A stretch of DNA of 64,000 nucleotides from Bacteroidales bacterium (GTDB lineage Bacteria > Bacteroidota > Bacteroidia > Bacteroidales > UBA12077), in NCBI GenBank assembly GCA_028282585.1, contig JANQHR010000102.1, forward strand, positions 1 through 64,000, given 5' to 3'. A program made the position numbers and the translations under genes. Below the pieces are notes generated by a model. It ran no database searches, was not told where the DNA came from, and saw nothing but the letters and a program-made list of their open reading frames with translations. Shown here piece by piece: positions 20,094-29,662 of this stretch; position 1 is the first letter of the stretch, and the number at the start of each line of letters is the position of its first letter.

Positions 20094-20172
20094 ACCCTCT
20101 GCCCAATGGGCATCTCCCTCAAGGGAGAATATTCGGCACGATGTCCTCCCTGAAGGGAGGTGGCCGGAGGGT
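20094..20172. repeat. GC-rich multi-hairpin REP-like element
   Basis: Outer ACCCTC/GAGGGT; inner GCCCA-A-TGGGC, TCTCCCT-CA-AGGGAGA, CCTCCCT-GA-AGGGAGG in AT-rich surroundings. Confidence 0.7.
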
Positions 20173-20196
20173 AAAAAAATAATTAGTAATAATTAA

Positions 20197-20219
20197 TTGA
20201 TTGTTATTAACACAATCAA
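20197..20219. promoter_or_regulatory. Palindromic candidate operator upstream of the DUF3795 gene
   Basis: TTGATTGT-N7-ACAATCAA perfect 8-bp arms about 30 bp before the ATG. Confidence 0.4.
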
Positions 20220-20248
20220 CAAACGGAATCTTTTAAAAAAGCTATTTT

Positions 20249-20713
20249 ATGGAATATAACGAAATATTGAAACGCCTCGCCCCTTGTGGTTTAAGCTGCG
20301 AGAAATGTTTTGCCAATTCCAGTGGGCATATCCAACACCATAGTTCTCAACTAAAAAAATATTTAGGAGAATTCGACCAGTATGCCGAGCGTTTTGTTGA
20401 TTTGGTAGGCGAACCTTCTTTTAAGAACTACCCCGAATTTAAAAAACTTTTAAAATACTTTACAAAAGTTAGCTGCCCGGGATGCCGCGAAACGGACTGC
20501 CAGTTGTTTAAAGCTTGTAATGTAAAAAACTGCTTTAAAGAAAAACATGTTGATTTCTGTTTCCAATGCAATGAATTTCCGTGCGAAAATACCGGCTTTG
20601 ACGAACACCTGAAAAAACGCTGGGTAAAAATGCAAAATCGCATGAAAGAAGTTGGTGTTGAGAAATTTTATAAAGAAACCAAAGATGGCCCTCGTTATGT
20701 AAAAGTTTCATAA
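20249..20713 (+). CDS. DUF3795-family Cys-rich protein
   Basis: APCGLSCEKC, CPGCR, C..KNC, FCFQCNEFPC. Confidence 0.85.
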   Translation: MEYNEILKRLAPCGLSCEKCFANSSGHIQHHSSQLKKYLGEFDQYAERFVDLVGEPSFKNYPEFKKLLKYFTKVSCPGCRETDCQLFKACNVKNCFKEKHVDFCFQCNEFPCENTGFDEHLKKRWVKMQNRMKEVGVEKFYKETKDGPRYVKVS

Positions 20714-20797
20714 TCATTCAGAGCCATGGCAGTTATGCCGGGCGAAAGAATCTCTAAAAAAAGTTACCTGCCTGTCATTTCAACCCTTCGTAATGAC
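20714..20797. repeat. Degenerate GTCATT...AATGAC REP-like element
   Basis: TCATTCAGAG..hairpin..GAATCTC, then ACCTGCCTGTCATT...CTTCGTAATGAC; related to the 15943-16201 termini. Confidence 0.5.
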
Positions 20798-20880
20798 CAT
20801 AATGGTTATATGTTATCTATCCTCCTTGAACTTCATTTTATTAATATTGTTTATTACCAAAGCCACTTAAGAAATAATAT

Positions 20881-21306
20881 ATGAGTAAAATAAAAACCAA
20901 CCCGGAGGTTAAATCTGTTTTTAGTTCTTACCCAACACAGGTTGAAAAGAAAATTTTAAACCTTCGAAGGTTAATTATAGAAACAGCTAATGAAATTGAT
21001 GTAATTACAAGCATAGAAGAAACTTTAAGATGGAGAGAACCCAGTTACATTTCAAAATACGGAAGCACAATTAGAATTGATTGGAAAGATAAAACTCCTA
21101 ACCAATATGCAATCTATTTTAAATGCACGAGCAAGCTGGTTCCAACATTTAAGCTTCTGTTCAACAATACATTTAGCTATGAAGGAACCCGGGCAATCAT
21201 TTTCCGGTTGGAAGATGTTATTCCCGAAACAGAATTGAAGAAATGTATTCGAGCTGCTTTATTGTATCATAAGGTAAAACATTTGCCTGATTTGGGGATT
21301 TCTTAA
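20881..21306 (+). CDS. DUF1801 (YdhG-like) protein
   Basis: LRRLIIETA, EETLRWREPSY, GSTIRIDWK, YEGTRAI. Confidence 0.85.
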   Translation: MSKIKTNPEVKSVFSSYPTQVEKKILNLRRLIIETANEIDVITSIEETLRWREPSYISKYGSTIRIDWKDKTPNQYAIYFKCTSKLVPTFKLLFNNTFSYEGTRAIIFRLEDVIPETELKKCIRAALLYHKVKHLPDLGIS

Positions 21307-21600
21307 ACAAATTCTGAGTTAATTTTATTGCATTACCTTAAACACTCCATTCTTTCTATATAAGCTGACTTAAAACAAATTACATGCCACATATTTTTAA
21401 AAAAAGTTTGATTTTCATTTTTGTTTAACTAACTTCAATATTCCATATAATACACTTCGAACTATACGAATGCGAAAGGGAGCGAAAAGTATTTGTTATG
21501 GTTCAGAATTTCAAAATATGTTTATTTCTATACTTGAATTTTCTCAAGACACAATTCATTTTTTAAAAATTCATATTGCTAACAATAAAACCAATAAAGT

Positions 21601-22623
21601 ATGGCACATTCTATTTCATTTGCAAGTTTTAATCTTTATAACCTTCAGTTACCAGGTAAACCATGGAGGTTTAATGAATATTCTCAAGAAGAATATGATG
21701 AAAAAATAAACTGGACAGCTCAAATGCTGCAAACTATTGATGCTGATGTAATTGCTTTTCAGGAACTTTGGTCAAAAGAATGCCTTGAAGAAGCTTTTCA
21801 GAAAGCAGGTTTGTTAAACCAATACAATTTGTATTTTATTAAAGATACATGGTACGATATAGCTGTGGCTGCAGCAGTTCGCAAACCACTTTTAGTAGAA
21901 AATACTATTGTACATAAAAAATTCCCGGACCATTTCAGGCTCATAAAAAGAGAAGTGGATCGAGCTACAAGCCCCATTCTTGATGAAGACGATGATATAG
22001 AAGTTGTAATCAACCAATTCTCAAGGTCAATTTTACAGCTATCCATAAAACACCCCGATTTTTCAAGTGATCCCAACATACAAGCGTTTGCAGCACACTT
22101 AAAATCAAAACTACCTACCAGGCTAGATAAAGTAGAGTATGATGACCAAAATATTAAAAAGCATTCTCAGGCTTTAGGAGATGCACTTTCCACGATCCGA
22201 AGAGTTTCAGAGGCAACAGCTCTACGCATGATACTAACCAATCTTTTAAAAGATTCGAAAATTCCGGCAATTGTATTAGGAGATTTTAATGATAGTACAA
22301 CCAGTAATGCTTTATCAATTATAACATCTCAGGCTGTATATCGATTATATGATGCGAGCCGTAAAGCAAGTTCAAGCGACAAGGGATTATATTCCAGCGC
22401 AATTATGCAAAATTTCCGTTCTATTAAAGATTCTTTGTTCACACATGAACACCACGGAATGAAAGATACTCTGGACCATATTTTATTTAGTGAACAGTTT
22501 TATAGTCATTCGAGAAATAAACTTTGGTCATTTAAAGAAATGAAAGTTTGGAATGATCATGTTGGTGATGAACTAAAACATACAACTGATCATGGCATAA
22601 TTAAAACCACCTTTGTAAGGTAA
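21601..22623 (+). CDS. Endonuclease/exonuclease/phosphatase (EEP) family protein
   Basis: SFNLYNL, DADVIAFQE, HLKSK, VLGDFND, LDHILFS, TDHG catalytic motifs present; no signal peptide. Confidence 0.88.
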   Translation: MAHSISFASFNLYNLQLPGKPWRFNEYSQEEYDEKINWTAQMLQTIDADVIAFQELWSKECLEEAFQKAGLLNQYNLYFIKDTWYDIAVAAAVRKPLLVENTIVHKKFPDHFRLIKREVDRATSPILDEDDDIEVVINQFSRSILQLSIKHPDFSSDPNIQAFAAHLKSKLPTRLDKVEYDDQNIKKHSQALGDALSTIRRVSEATALRMILTNLLKDSKIPAIVLGDFNDSTTSNALSIITSQAVYRLYDASRKASSSDKGLYSSAIMQNFRSIKDSLFTHEHHGMKDTLDHILFSEQFYSHSRNKLWSFKEMKVWNDHVGDELKHTTDHGIIKTTFVR

Positions 22624-22662
22624 AAGTCGATACAGAAATAAAAAAATAATAAACTTTAAAAA

Positions 22663-23490
22663 ATGAACTTATTAAGAAAAATTGTAAGGTACTTTGTTAC
22701 TGTTAATCCTATGATAAATTTATTAGCATTTATTATTGCAATAATTACTATTTATATTGCTAGAGATCAAACAAGGTCAATCAGAAATGTGAATGATTTT
22801 ATTACAACCAGATCATTAAAATCTTTTCCAAACAATTTAACTAACATTAATCAGTTTTTAACTAAAGAAATTGATAATCAGTACAAAAAACAAGTAATTA
22901 TATGTTTAGATTTTTCTGGTTATGGAATGTTCTCTAGTAATAATTCTTTTAAAACATACAAAAGTTTATTACAACAACTAATAACAAAATCAAGTAGCGA
23001 AAACTATCAAATCACATACTTGTGTTATAATGAAAAAATTACTAAAATGATTCTTGAGGAACAATTCAAGAGCGATTCAATTGAAGATTTAAAAACCAGG
23101 CAGTTCAGAGAATTTATATATGAATCAGAAGAAAGACCAGATTCAGTATACAAGTCAGTATATAAAAATAAATCGTCATTTGAAGATTTTATTTTTGAAA
23201 AAGATAAAAGCGTATTTGATGCAATTAAAGGATGGGCTACACACAATAAAAGTTGTCAGATTCTTAAATATAGTGAAAGATTACCTTGCTATTTATGGTA
23301 TTGCGACGGAGAAGCTATTTTATCTTTCCCTAACCTTGAAGATATCGAAGAACATGCAATTTTTACCAGAGATACCAAATTAATTCGATTCTTTTTAGGT
23401 AGAATTGGTTTTGAATATGATGAAGAAAATAAAATTTATAAAATAAATGAAAATTGCGATAAAATTAAAGTACTCGATATAAACACTTAA
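22663..23490 (+). CDS. Hypothetical protein with N-terminal TM helix and possible degenerate PLD-like domain
   Basis: TM LLAFIIAIITIYIA; LPCYLWYCDGEAILSF...AIFTRDTKLIRFF resembles non-HKD PLD-fold domains; very AT-rich. Confidence 0.6.
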   Translation: MNLLRKIVRYFVTVNPMINLLAFIIAIITIYIARDQTRSIRNVNDFITTRSLKSFPNNLTNINQFLTKEIDNQYKKQVIICLDFSGYGMFSSNNSFKTYKSLLQQLITKSSSENYQITYLCYNEKITKMILEEQFKSDSIEDLKTRQFREFIYESEERPDSVYKSVYKNKSSFEDFIFEKDKSVFDAIKGWATHNKSCQILKYSERLPCYLWYCDGEAILSFPNLEDIEEHAIFTRDTKLIRFFLGRIGFEYDEENKIYKINENCDKIKVLDINT

Positions 23491-23500
23491 ACTCAAAAAC

Positions 23501-23532
23501 AAAAAATCCGCCTTTTGGGCGGATTTTCTTTT
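23501..23532. terminator. Bidirectional intrinsic terminator
   Basis: AAAATCCGCC-TTTTG-GGCGGATTTT with A and T tails between convergent genes. Confidence 0.85.
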
Positions 23533-23547
23533 ATATGAGATTGAATA

Positions 23548-24063
23548 TTATTCTTCAGATTTTTCTTTCTCGCCTGTCGGCTGAGCAGATTTTTTATCTT
23601 CCTCTTTCTTTTCAATTTTTGGCTCTTCTTTAGCCTCAACTTTCTCATCGGTTTTTTCTTCAGTCTCGTCCTTTTCCTCCTCATCGAAATTTAACATTCC
23701 GAATTTATGAAGCGCGTTATACCAGTTCAGTACTTTTTTAATGTCAGAAACATATACTCTGTCTCGGTCATAATCAGGCAATACCTCCTCAAAATAGGTT
23801 TTTAATTCATTCGCAGAAGATTTGTGGCTAATAGCTTCTCCTCCATCCTCTTTTTCTGATATAGCCTTGAATACATCCTTTAAGGGAATATCCTCGGTAT
23901 CGGTAAAAATAGCGATATCTTCCAATGCACTTATTTTAGCTGTTGCACTGGCATTCATTCTTTTCTTATCTTCTAAAGACTCAACAATAATTCCGGTTCT
24001 ACCTTGAGAAATAAACTTAAAAAGTCCACCATAACCCGAAATTGACAAAATATCTTTTAACAT
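23548..24063 (-). CDS. DUF5606-family conserved Bacteroidota protein
   Basis: MLKDILSISGYGGLFK, ISALEDIAIFT, LPDYDRDRVYVSDIKK, acidic tail. Confidence 0.85.
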   Translation of the reverse strand: MLKDILSISGYGGLFKFISQGRTGIIVESLEDKKRMNASATAKISALEDIAIFTDTEDIPLKDVFKAISEKEDGGEAISHKSSANELKTYFEEVLPDYDRDRVYVSDIKKVLNWYNALHKFGMLNFDEEEKDETEEKTDEKVEAKEEPKIEKKEEDKKSAQPTGEKEKSEE

Positions 24064-24137
24064 AAACTCTTATTTTATTTAATGCTTGCAAAAATATAAT
24101 TCAAATCAATATTTGAAAATGTTTTATAAAACAAATC

Positions 24138-24338
24138 TCATTTTAATTTATCAATTTTTCTTTGGATAAGATAAATCCTTAACAGGATACCTACTCCCAC
24201 AGCAAATAAAAACCCCGACATAAATTGGGCCACCTCCATATCCATTGCCATTATGTAATCTTTGAAAACAAAACGCATCAGCAATGAACCAATAATAAAT
24301 ATTACAGCTAAAAGGGTGGCTATTATTTTCTTGTTCAT
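24138..24338 (-). CDS. Small two-TM membrane protein
   Basis: 66 aa, two hydrophobic helices, tightly spaced within the operon. Confidence 0.65.
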   Translation of the reverse strand: MNKKIIATLLAVIFIIGSLLMRFVFKDYIMAMDMEVAQFMSGFLFAVGVGILLRIYLIQRKIDKLK

Positions 24339-24344
24339 ATTTAT

Positions 24345-25070
24345 TTAATTTATTCCTCTTTCTTTTTTTATTTTTTCGTAAGCATCATTTACTTTCTGGA
24401 ATTTCTCCTTTGCCTGCTTTTGAAAATCCTCGCCTAAATGACTAACCTTATCCGGATGATATTTAAGCGCCATTTTTCGATATGCTTTTTTTATCTCCTC
24501 TTCGTTAGCATTTCGATCTATTTCAAGAATTTTGTATGCCGAATCCACATCTTCGACAAACATAGATTTAATCGATTCAAAATCCTTAGAACTTATTCCC
24601 ATATAACCGGCAATCGATGCAATGGTATTTAACTCGGAAGCATTAACCTGTCCATCAGCTTTTGCAACGCCAAATAACATATGCAACAGCTGTAACCGGG
24701 TTGAATAATCCATGTGCTGTTTTACCTGCACGCTTACTTCATAGGTTGGAATATTTTGCTCCAAAATGTCACGCAACATTCTTATGGCCTCCGAAGCAGA
24801 ATCCTCGCCAAATGCTTTAACAAAATACTGTTTTACATAGTTTAATTCCGATTTTAGAACTCTTCCATCAGCTTTCATAACAGCAGCAACAAGCACCAGC
24901 AATGTCATTGCAAAACTACCAGTGGTACTTGCAGCATAACCTTTGGTTCCTGCTTTTGTTGCATCTGGTGCATCGAAAAGAGAGCCCAGGGCAAATCCTA
25001 AAATTCCTCCTATCGGACCAAAAAATGCCCAACCTAAACCACCTGCTATCCATTTACCAAATTTTCCCAT
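24345..25070 (-). CDS. djlA: DjlA-like co-chaperone (TerB-like + C-terminal J domain)
   Basis: Gly-rich TM N-terminus, VMKADG, J domain [16 protein letters not shown]. Confidence 0.85.
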   Translation of the reverse strand: MGKFGKWIAGGLGWAFFGPIGGILGFALGSLFDAPDATKAGTKGYAASTTGSFAMTLLVLVAAVMKADGRVLKSELNYVKQYFVKAFGEDSASEAIRMLRDILEQNIPTYEVSVQVKQHMDYSTRLQLLHMLFGVAKADGQVNASELNTIASIAGYMGISSKDFESIKSMFVEDVDSAYKILEIDRNANEEEIKKAYRKMALKYHPDKVSHLGEDFQKQAKEKFQKVNDAYEKIKKERGIN

Positions 25071-25071
25071 C

Positions 25072-25653
25072 TTAATTATTCAAAATTTTATTATGTATAT
25101 CTAAAACTTGTGGTAATAACATTTGTATGCCATCGTTGTATATTGTATAGTCGGCCAATTTAATTCTTTCTTCATCATGTAACTGGTTGTTCATTCTAAT
25201 TTTTACAGCTTCCACAGAAGTTTTATCTCTTTCTACAACTCGCTTCATCCTGACTAATTCATCGGCATGCACATTTATTGTAATATCCAATTCATTATAA
25301 GCATTGCTTTCGAAAAGTATTGCCGCTTCTTCAATTACATACTTAGCATTTTGTTTTGCTTTCCACTCAATAAAATATTGACGTACTTGAGGATGAATTA
25401 TTGCATTTATTTTTGACAAAGCTGTTTGATCATTGAAAACTATATCCGCAAGTCGCTTACGGTCAACTCCATGGCTTGTATAAATATTTTTACCAAATTC
25501 CTTTTTAATCTGCCCAACTACCATTTCATCCGAATTCAAAATAATTTTAGCCTCATCATCAGCATGAAAAACAGGTATGTTTAGCCGCTTAAAAATCTCA
25601 GCTATAAGCGATTTTCCACTACCAATTCCTCCTGTTAAACCTACCGTTATCAT
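25072..25653 (-). CDS. coaE: Dephospho-CoA kinase
   Basis: [26 protein letters not shown]. Confidence 0.96.
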   Translation of the reverse strand: MITVGLTGGIGSGKSLIAEIFKRLNIPVFHADDEAKIILNSDEMVVGQIKKEFGKNIYTSHGVDRKRLADIVFNDQTALSKINAIIHPQVRQYFIEWKAKQNAKYVIEEAAILFESNAYNELDITINVHADELVRMKRVVERDKTSVEAVKIRMNNQLHDEERIKLADYTIYNDGIQMLLPQVLDIHNKILNN

Positions 25654-26654
25654 TATTTTCTTTCGATGATGTATTCTACTTTCTTTGGATTAAATCGCAA
25701 TGATCTGATATAATCTGGTGAGTTAAGTATTGAAATATTCAATTTATTTTCCTGATTTGCACTTTCATTGTAATCTACTACTGCTTCGAATAGTTGTGGT
25801 ACAACTTTTTCGTAATCGCTCAACACCACATGGTACGTAACTGTAACATCTTTAGGAAAAGTTCTAACAACTAAGGTATCAGGAACGTTTATTACATTTA
25901 ATGGAACAATTTGCGACCCTTCCGTAAATTTCTCAATATTGATATTTACTTTAACTTCGTTTTCAGTGAATTTTACAGAACTAATTTTTTCCAATTGGAT
26001 TTCATCCTGATAATCATCGCTTAACTCACTTAATTCTATTGTTTCTGTATAAACTTGATCAATTGTATCTATTATTGGGTCTGCTCCGGAAACAGTAATA
26101 CTATCAGGCAAAAACTGAATTTTTCCCCTAATCATATATTGCTCTGCTGGCTCTGCAATTAAATTAGAAACTACAGGAACCTTCTTGAATATTCGGTCTG
26201 CAAACTCAAAAAACAAGGTGTCAGGACGAATCGAAACTATATCCAGTTCAGAGCTTATCTGATCTTCAATATCCTGGCTTAGCAAACTTGTTAATGAAAA
26301 AAATTTAGCATAACTCGACTGCGCATGCATTCGCAATGTAAGTGAATTTACATCGATCGTATAAGGAAGAAATTTATTGCTAATTTTATATTCAAGTAGC
26401 TTGTATCCGTATCCACGCACTCTTAACTCGAAATGATCAGGTAACTCATTAGCAAGTATTTTTTCGCTTGGAAAATTAGTGTAACGAACCGGAAGAGATA
26501 TTTCCGTAACATATTCCTCTTCCAATTGATTTAAAAACCAAAAAAGTGTAGCAAGTGCAACAAAAAATAAAAAGACCATAAGCCTTCGATCAGCTTTTAA
26601 GTTCTTTTTATCAAGAAACTTTTTAATATTATCTTCAATATTTTTTGCTACCAC
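25653..26654 (-). CDS. YbbR/CdaR-like protein
   Basis: Single TM (FLFFVALATLFWFL), repeated PDSITVSG/FPKDVTV beta domains; position between yajC and coaE. Confidence 0.8.
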   Translation of the reverse strand: MVAKNIEDNIKKFLDKKNLKADRRLMVFLFFVALATLFWFLNQLEEEYVTEISLPVRYTNFPSEKILANELPDHFELRVRGYGYKLLEYKISNKFLPYTIDVNSLTLRMHAQSSYAKFFSLTSLLSQDIEDQISSELDIVSIRPDTLFFEFADRIFKKVPVVSNLIAEPAEQYMIRGKIQFLPDSITVSGADPIIDTIDQVYTETIELSELSDDYQDEIQLEKISSVKFTENEVKVNINIEKFTEGSQIVPLNVINVPDTLVVRTFPKDVTVTYHVVLSDYEKVVPQLFEAVVDYNESANQENKLNISILNSPDYIRSLRFNPKKVEYIIERK

Positions 26655-26711
26655 AATGAAAGTAAAAAGAAGCGCTCATTACAAAATAGTAATAAACGCT
26701 TTCTGGTTAAT

Positions 26712-27035
26712 CTATTTTGCAGCACTAATATCGGAAGAATCTTTTAAAATAGCACTTTTATCAATTCTTAATTTTACGTTATTGTCAACATCTACAATTA
26801 CGTAATTATCTTTTATTCCCTCCACTTTTCCATAAATACCACCAGTTGTAATTACTTTATCTCCTTTTTGCAATGAATCACGGTATTTTCTTAAATCCTT
26901 CTGGCGCTTCATTTGCGGGCGTATCATGAAGAAGTAAAATACCACAATAATTAATAAAAGAAAAATAAATGATGAATATGGGTTTTGTCCTTCTTGAGGC
27001 TGACCCATTAGTACTAAAGTCAATAAGTTGTTCAT
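26712..27035 (-). CDS. yajC: Preprotein translocase subunit YajC
   Basis: FYFFMIRPQ, LQKGDKVITTGGIYG. Confidence 0.96.
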   Translation of the reverse strand: MNNLLTLVLMGQPQEGQNPYSSFIFLLLIIVVFYFFMIRPQMKRQKDLRKYRDSLQKGDKVITTGGIYGKVEGIKDNYVIVDVDNNVKLRIDKSAILKDSSDISAAK

Positions 27036-27053
27036 TTTTAAGTTATTTATAAA

Positions 27054-27494
27054 TTATACATTTTCAACTATAACGTTTGCTTTAATTGTTAAAGTCTTTT
27101 TTTCTATTTCAGTATTCAATTTTAAAGTTACTGTTTTGTATTGCATCCCACTTCTACCTGTACTATTAAAAACAACTTCCAATTTTCCCTCTTCACCAGG
27201 TGCAATTGGTTTTTTACTGTAATCAGGAACAGTACAACCACAAGTTGAGTAAGCATCCAGAATAAGCAAATCGGCTTTACCTGTATTTCTAAATTTAAAA
27301 GTATACGAAGCTGATTCTCCCTGAACTAGTCTTCCAAAATCATAATAAGTTGTATCAAATCTAATTTGGGGGTAACCGAACTGTTCAATTTGCTCATCAA
27401 TCGCACGTTTTTGTTTTTCTTTATTACCGCAAGAAAAACCTAAAATAACAACTAATAAAATTAATGAAACAAATTGTACCGATTTTCCCACCAT
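27054..27494 (-). CDS. DUF1573 lipoprotein
   Basis: Lipobox GFSC; YDFG, FRNTG, TCGCTVP, PIAPGEEG. Confidence 0.88.
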   Translation of the reverse strand: MVGKSVQFVSLILLVVILGFSCGNKEKQKRAIDEQIEQFGYPQIRFDTTYYDFGRLVQGESASYTFKFRNTGKADLLILDAYSTCGCTVPDYSKKPIAPGEEGKLEVVFNSTGRSGMQYKTVTLKLNTEIEKKTLTIKANVIVENV

Positions 27495-27547
27495 GATTTA
27501 TTTTTTAAGCTTACAAAGTAATAAATAATAATTTCGAAATCAAAAGC

Positions 27548-28501
27548 TTAGTTAGTTTCTCCAATTAAACCTCTGCCCAGCTTTTTTATTTTTCCTTCTT
27601 TCTTTAGATGATTAACTAATTTATCAAGTATACCATTAATAAAAACGTTACTTTTTTGAGTACTGTAAAATTTTGCAATCTCGATATATTCATCTAAGCT
27701 TACCTTAACTGGAATTTCGGGGAATTCTACCATTTCCGCAATTGCAAGGCTCATAACAACAATATCCATAAATGCAACGCGTTCCACATCCCAATTTTTT
27801 ATGAATTTAGAAATTAACTCTTCATATTCCTTATGGTTTAAAATAGCTTTTCTATATAAACGTTTTACGAAATCCTTGTCTTCATCATTTTTATAAAGCG
27901 GCATTAAACCAACGTTTTCGTCACTGCTAGCTTTAAATGATCTGAATGACTTTAAGATCATACCGATTACAAACTCAATGTCATCATTCCAAAAAATACT
28001 TTGTTCTTCAAGATTCTGGAATAAAGGCTCATGATGAACAATAATTTTTGCATAAATATCTGTAATAAACTTTTTATCTTCATTAAATCCTTTTGTATTT
28101 GAAGACATGTAATTTTGATAAAGTTCGCCTTTACGGATTTCGTTGTATAAGTTTTTTATTAATTCTGGGTAATTTGCCCAACTTAATTTTTGTTCGTTTA
28201 AATATTTTTTTAAATCAAGATTATCACTAAGTTGCTTAACCAACCTGTTATCTACAAATTTTGTGTTTGGATTAAGATCATCATAAGTAGGCATTTTCTT
28301 TTGTTTTGCCAATTCGATTCTCGACTCCGCATAATTAACTATATCAATAACTAACAATAAAAGGTAGTGATATAAGTCATATGATTTCCGAATACTAAAA
28401 AATAATTCCTTTTCTGATTGATTTATTGATTGTTCGCTAGACTTTAAATATGCGTAACAAATTTGAAGAGTTTTAATCCGTAATAACCTTCTGCTTACCA
28501 T
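27548..28501 (-). CDS. nusB: Transcription antitermination factor NusB (long Bacteroidota form)
   Basis: MVSRRLLRIK, NWDVERVA, VSLDEYIEIAKFYST, FINGILD. Confidence 0.95.
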   Translation of the reverse strand: MVSRRLLRIKTLQICYAYLKSSEQSINQSEKELFFSIRKSYDLYHYLLLLVIDIVNYAESRIELAKQKKMPTYDDLNPNTKFVDNRLVKQLSDNLDLKKYLNEQKLSWANYPELIKNLYNEIRKGELYQNYMSSNTKGFNEDKKFITDIYAKIIVHHEPLFQNLEEQSIFWNDDIEFVIGMILKSFRSFKASSDENVGLMPLYKNDEDKDFVKRLYRKAILNHKEYEELISKFIKNWDVERVAFMDIVVMSLAIAEMVEFPEIPVKVSLDEYIEIAKFYSTQKSNVFINGILDKLVNHLKKEGKIKKLGRGLIGETN

Positions 28502-28762
28502 TTTATAAGAACTTCCTAATGTTTATGATTTAGCTTTAAAGCCTGCAAAGTAAATGATTTTTTATTATACTAAGTATAAAATTACAAATTATTTACTTAC
28601 AATATAAATTAATGCTATAAAGCCTTATATTTAAATAACTGACAATCTTTTTGTTAAAATCTTGTTGAAATCATGTGTTTAAAAAAAAACAATAATTCAG
28701 TGATATATCAAATATTTTTTTACTTTTGAGGTGTTGATAATCTTAAACAACTAAATTTTTTT

Positions 28763-29185
28763 ATGATGGACGGATACGAAAAAAACGAAGAATTAGAGAA
28801 TAATGAAGAAAACGGACGTGAAGAAATATTCTCTAAAGTGGTAAGAGCTGGGAAAAGAACTTACTTTCTTGATGTTAAAGCAACAAGAAGAAATGATTAT
28901 TATTTAACCATCACTGAAAGTAAAAAGAGGTTTAACCGTGACGGAAGGCATTATTTTGAAAAACACAAAGTTTTTTTATACAAAGAAGATTTTGACAAAT
29001 TCACTGAAAACCTTCATGAAGTAATTGAATTTATTAAAAAGAACGCTCCGGAACAAGAGCCTTTAGAAAAAGTTGAGGCTAAAGTTGGAGTAACCGACGA
29101 AGCAAGCCCTGAATTAGAAACTGCAAAAAGTGATTCGTATTCTTCAGACGTTGAGTTCGATGACCTGGGAAGTACAAATGAATAA
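28763..29185 (+). CDS. PUR-alpha-like nucleic-acid-binding protein (DUF3276)
   Basis: SKVVRAGKRTYFLDV, YLTITESKK, EKHKVFLYKEDF; TACTTTTG -7 box at 28721. Confidence 0.9.
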   Translation: MMDGYEKNEELENNEENGREEIFSKVVRAGKRTYFLDVKATRRNDYYLTITESKKRFNRDGRHYFEKHKVFLYKEDFDKFTENLHEVIEFIKKNAPEQEPLEKVEAKVGVTDEASPELETAKSDSYSSDVEFDDLGSTNE

Positions 29186-29187
29186 AA

Positions 29188-29224
29188 TAAAAGAAGCTGC
29201 TTAATCAAGCAGCTTTTTCTTTTT
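29188..29224. terminator. Bidirectional intrinsic terminator
   Basis: AAGCTGCTT-AATC-AAGCAGCTT plus T tract. Confidence 0.85.
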
Positions 29225-29225
29225 G

Positions 29226-29522
29226 TTATTCTGAATATTTTTTCATTTTTTCCTCCATAGTAACCTTACTATCTTTTCTATTCTGTATCTTTACGTAAAC
29301 CAATAATTCGTCCGCACCTTTCTGAAAACAAACACTCTGAATTTTCTCAATCAATTCCATTATTTCGTCATAAGGTCCTTCAATGGCAGTTTCGAAAGGA
29401 CAAACCTGGTATTTTAATCCAGACAGACTAATTACTTTAATAGCATCATCAACCAAATCATAAGCTTCTCTTGTTGTAGATTTTGGTAATACTTGTATAG
29501 CAACGTTAATGTGGTTTTTCAT
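29226..29522 (-). CDS. Thiamine-binding protein (YkoF/DUF77 family)
   Basis: VAIQVLP, VDDAIKVI, SGLKYQVCPFETAIEG. Confidence 0.85.
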   Translation of the reverse strand: MKNHINVAIQVLPKSTTREAYDLVDDAIKVISLSGLKYQVCPFETAIEGPYDEIMELIEKIQSVCFQKGADELLVYVKIQNRKDSKVTMEEKMKKYSE

Positions 29523-29662
29523 GTAATTCTTTATTTTCTGATGTTTTATTTCAGTTTATTCGTTTCTTTTACAGAATACTAGCTTAGTACTAATTATTTT
29601 TACTGTAGCTAATTTTTACTTTTCGCTAATTAACCATGTATTATTGAGGAATTAATCTAATT

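Noticed and set aside
20094-20172. Cloverleaf as a tRNA
   Set aside because: Loops of 1-2 nt, no TTCRA T-loop, no 7-nt anticodon loop, no CCA end
21470-21709. 79-aa ORF overlapping the EEP start
   Set aside because: Out-of-frame overlap, no recognisable motifs; likely spurious
24345-25070. TerB-like domain as a tellurite-resistance or defence gene
   Set aside because: Architecture is DjlA-like (TM + TerB-like + J domain) within a housekeeping operon
29523-29662. TPP riboswitch upstream of the thiamine-binding protein
   Set aside because: No CTGAGA or ACCTGA...GGGA conserved elements on the minus strand
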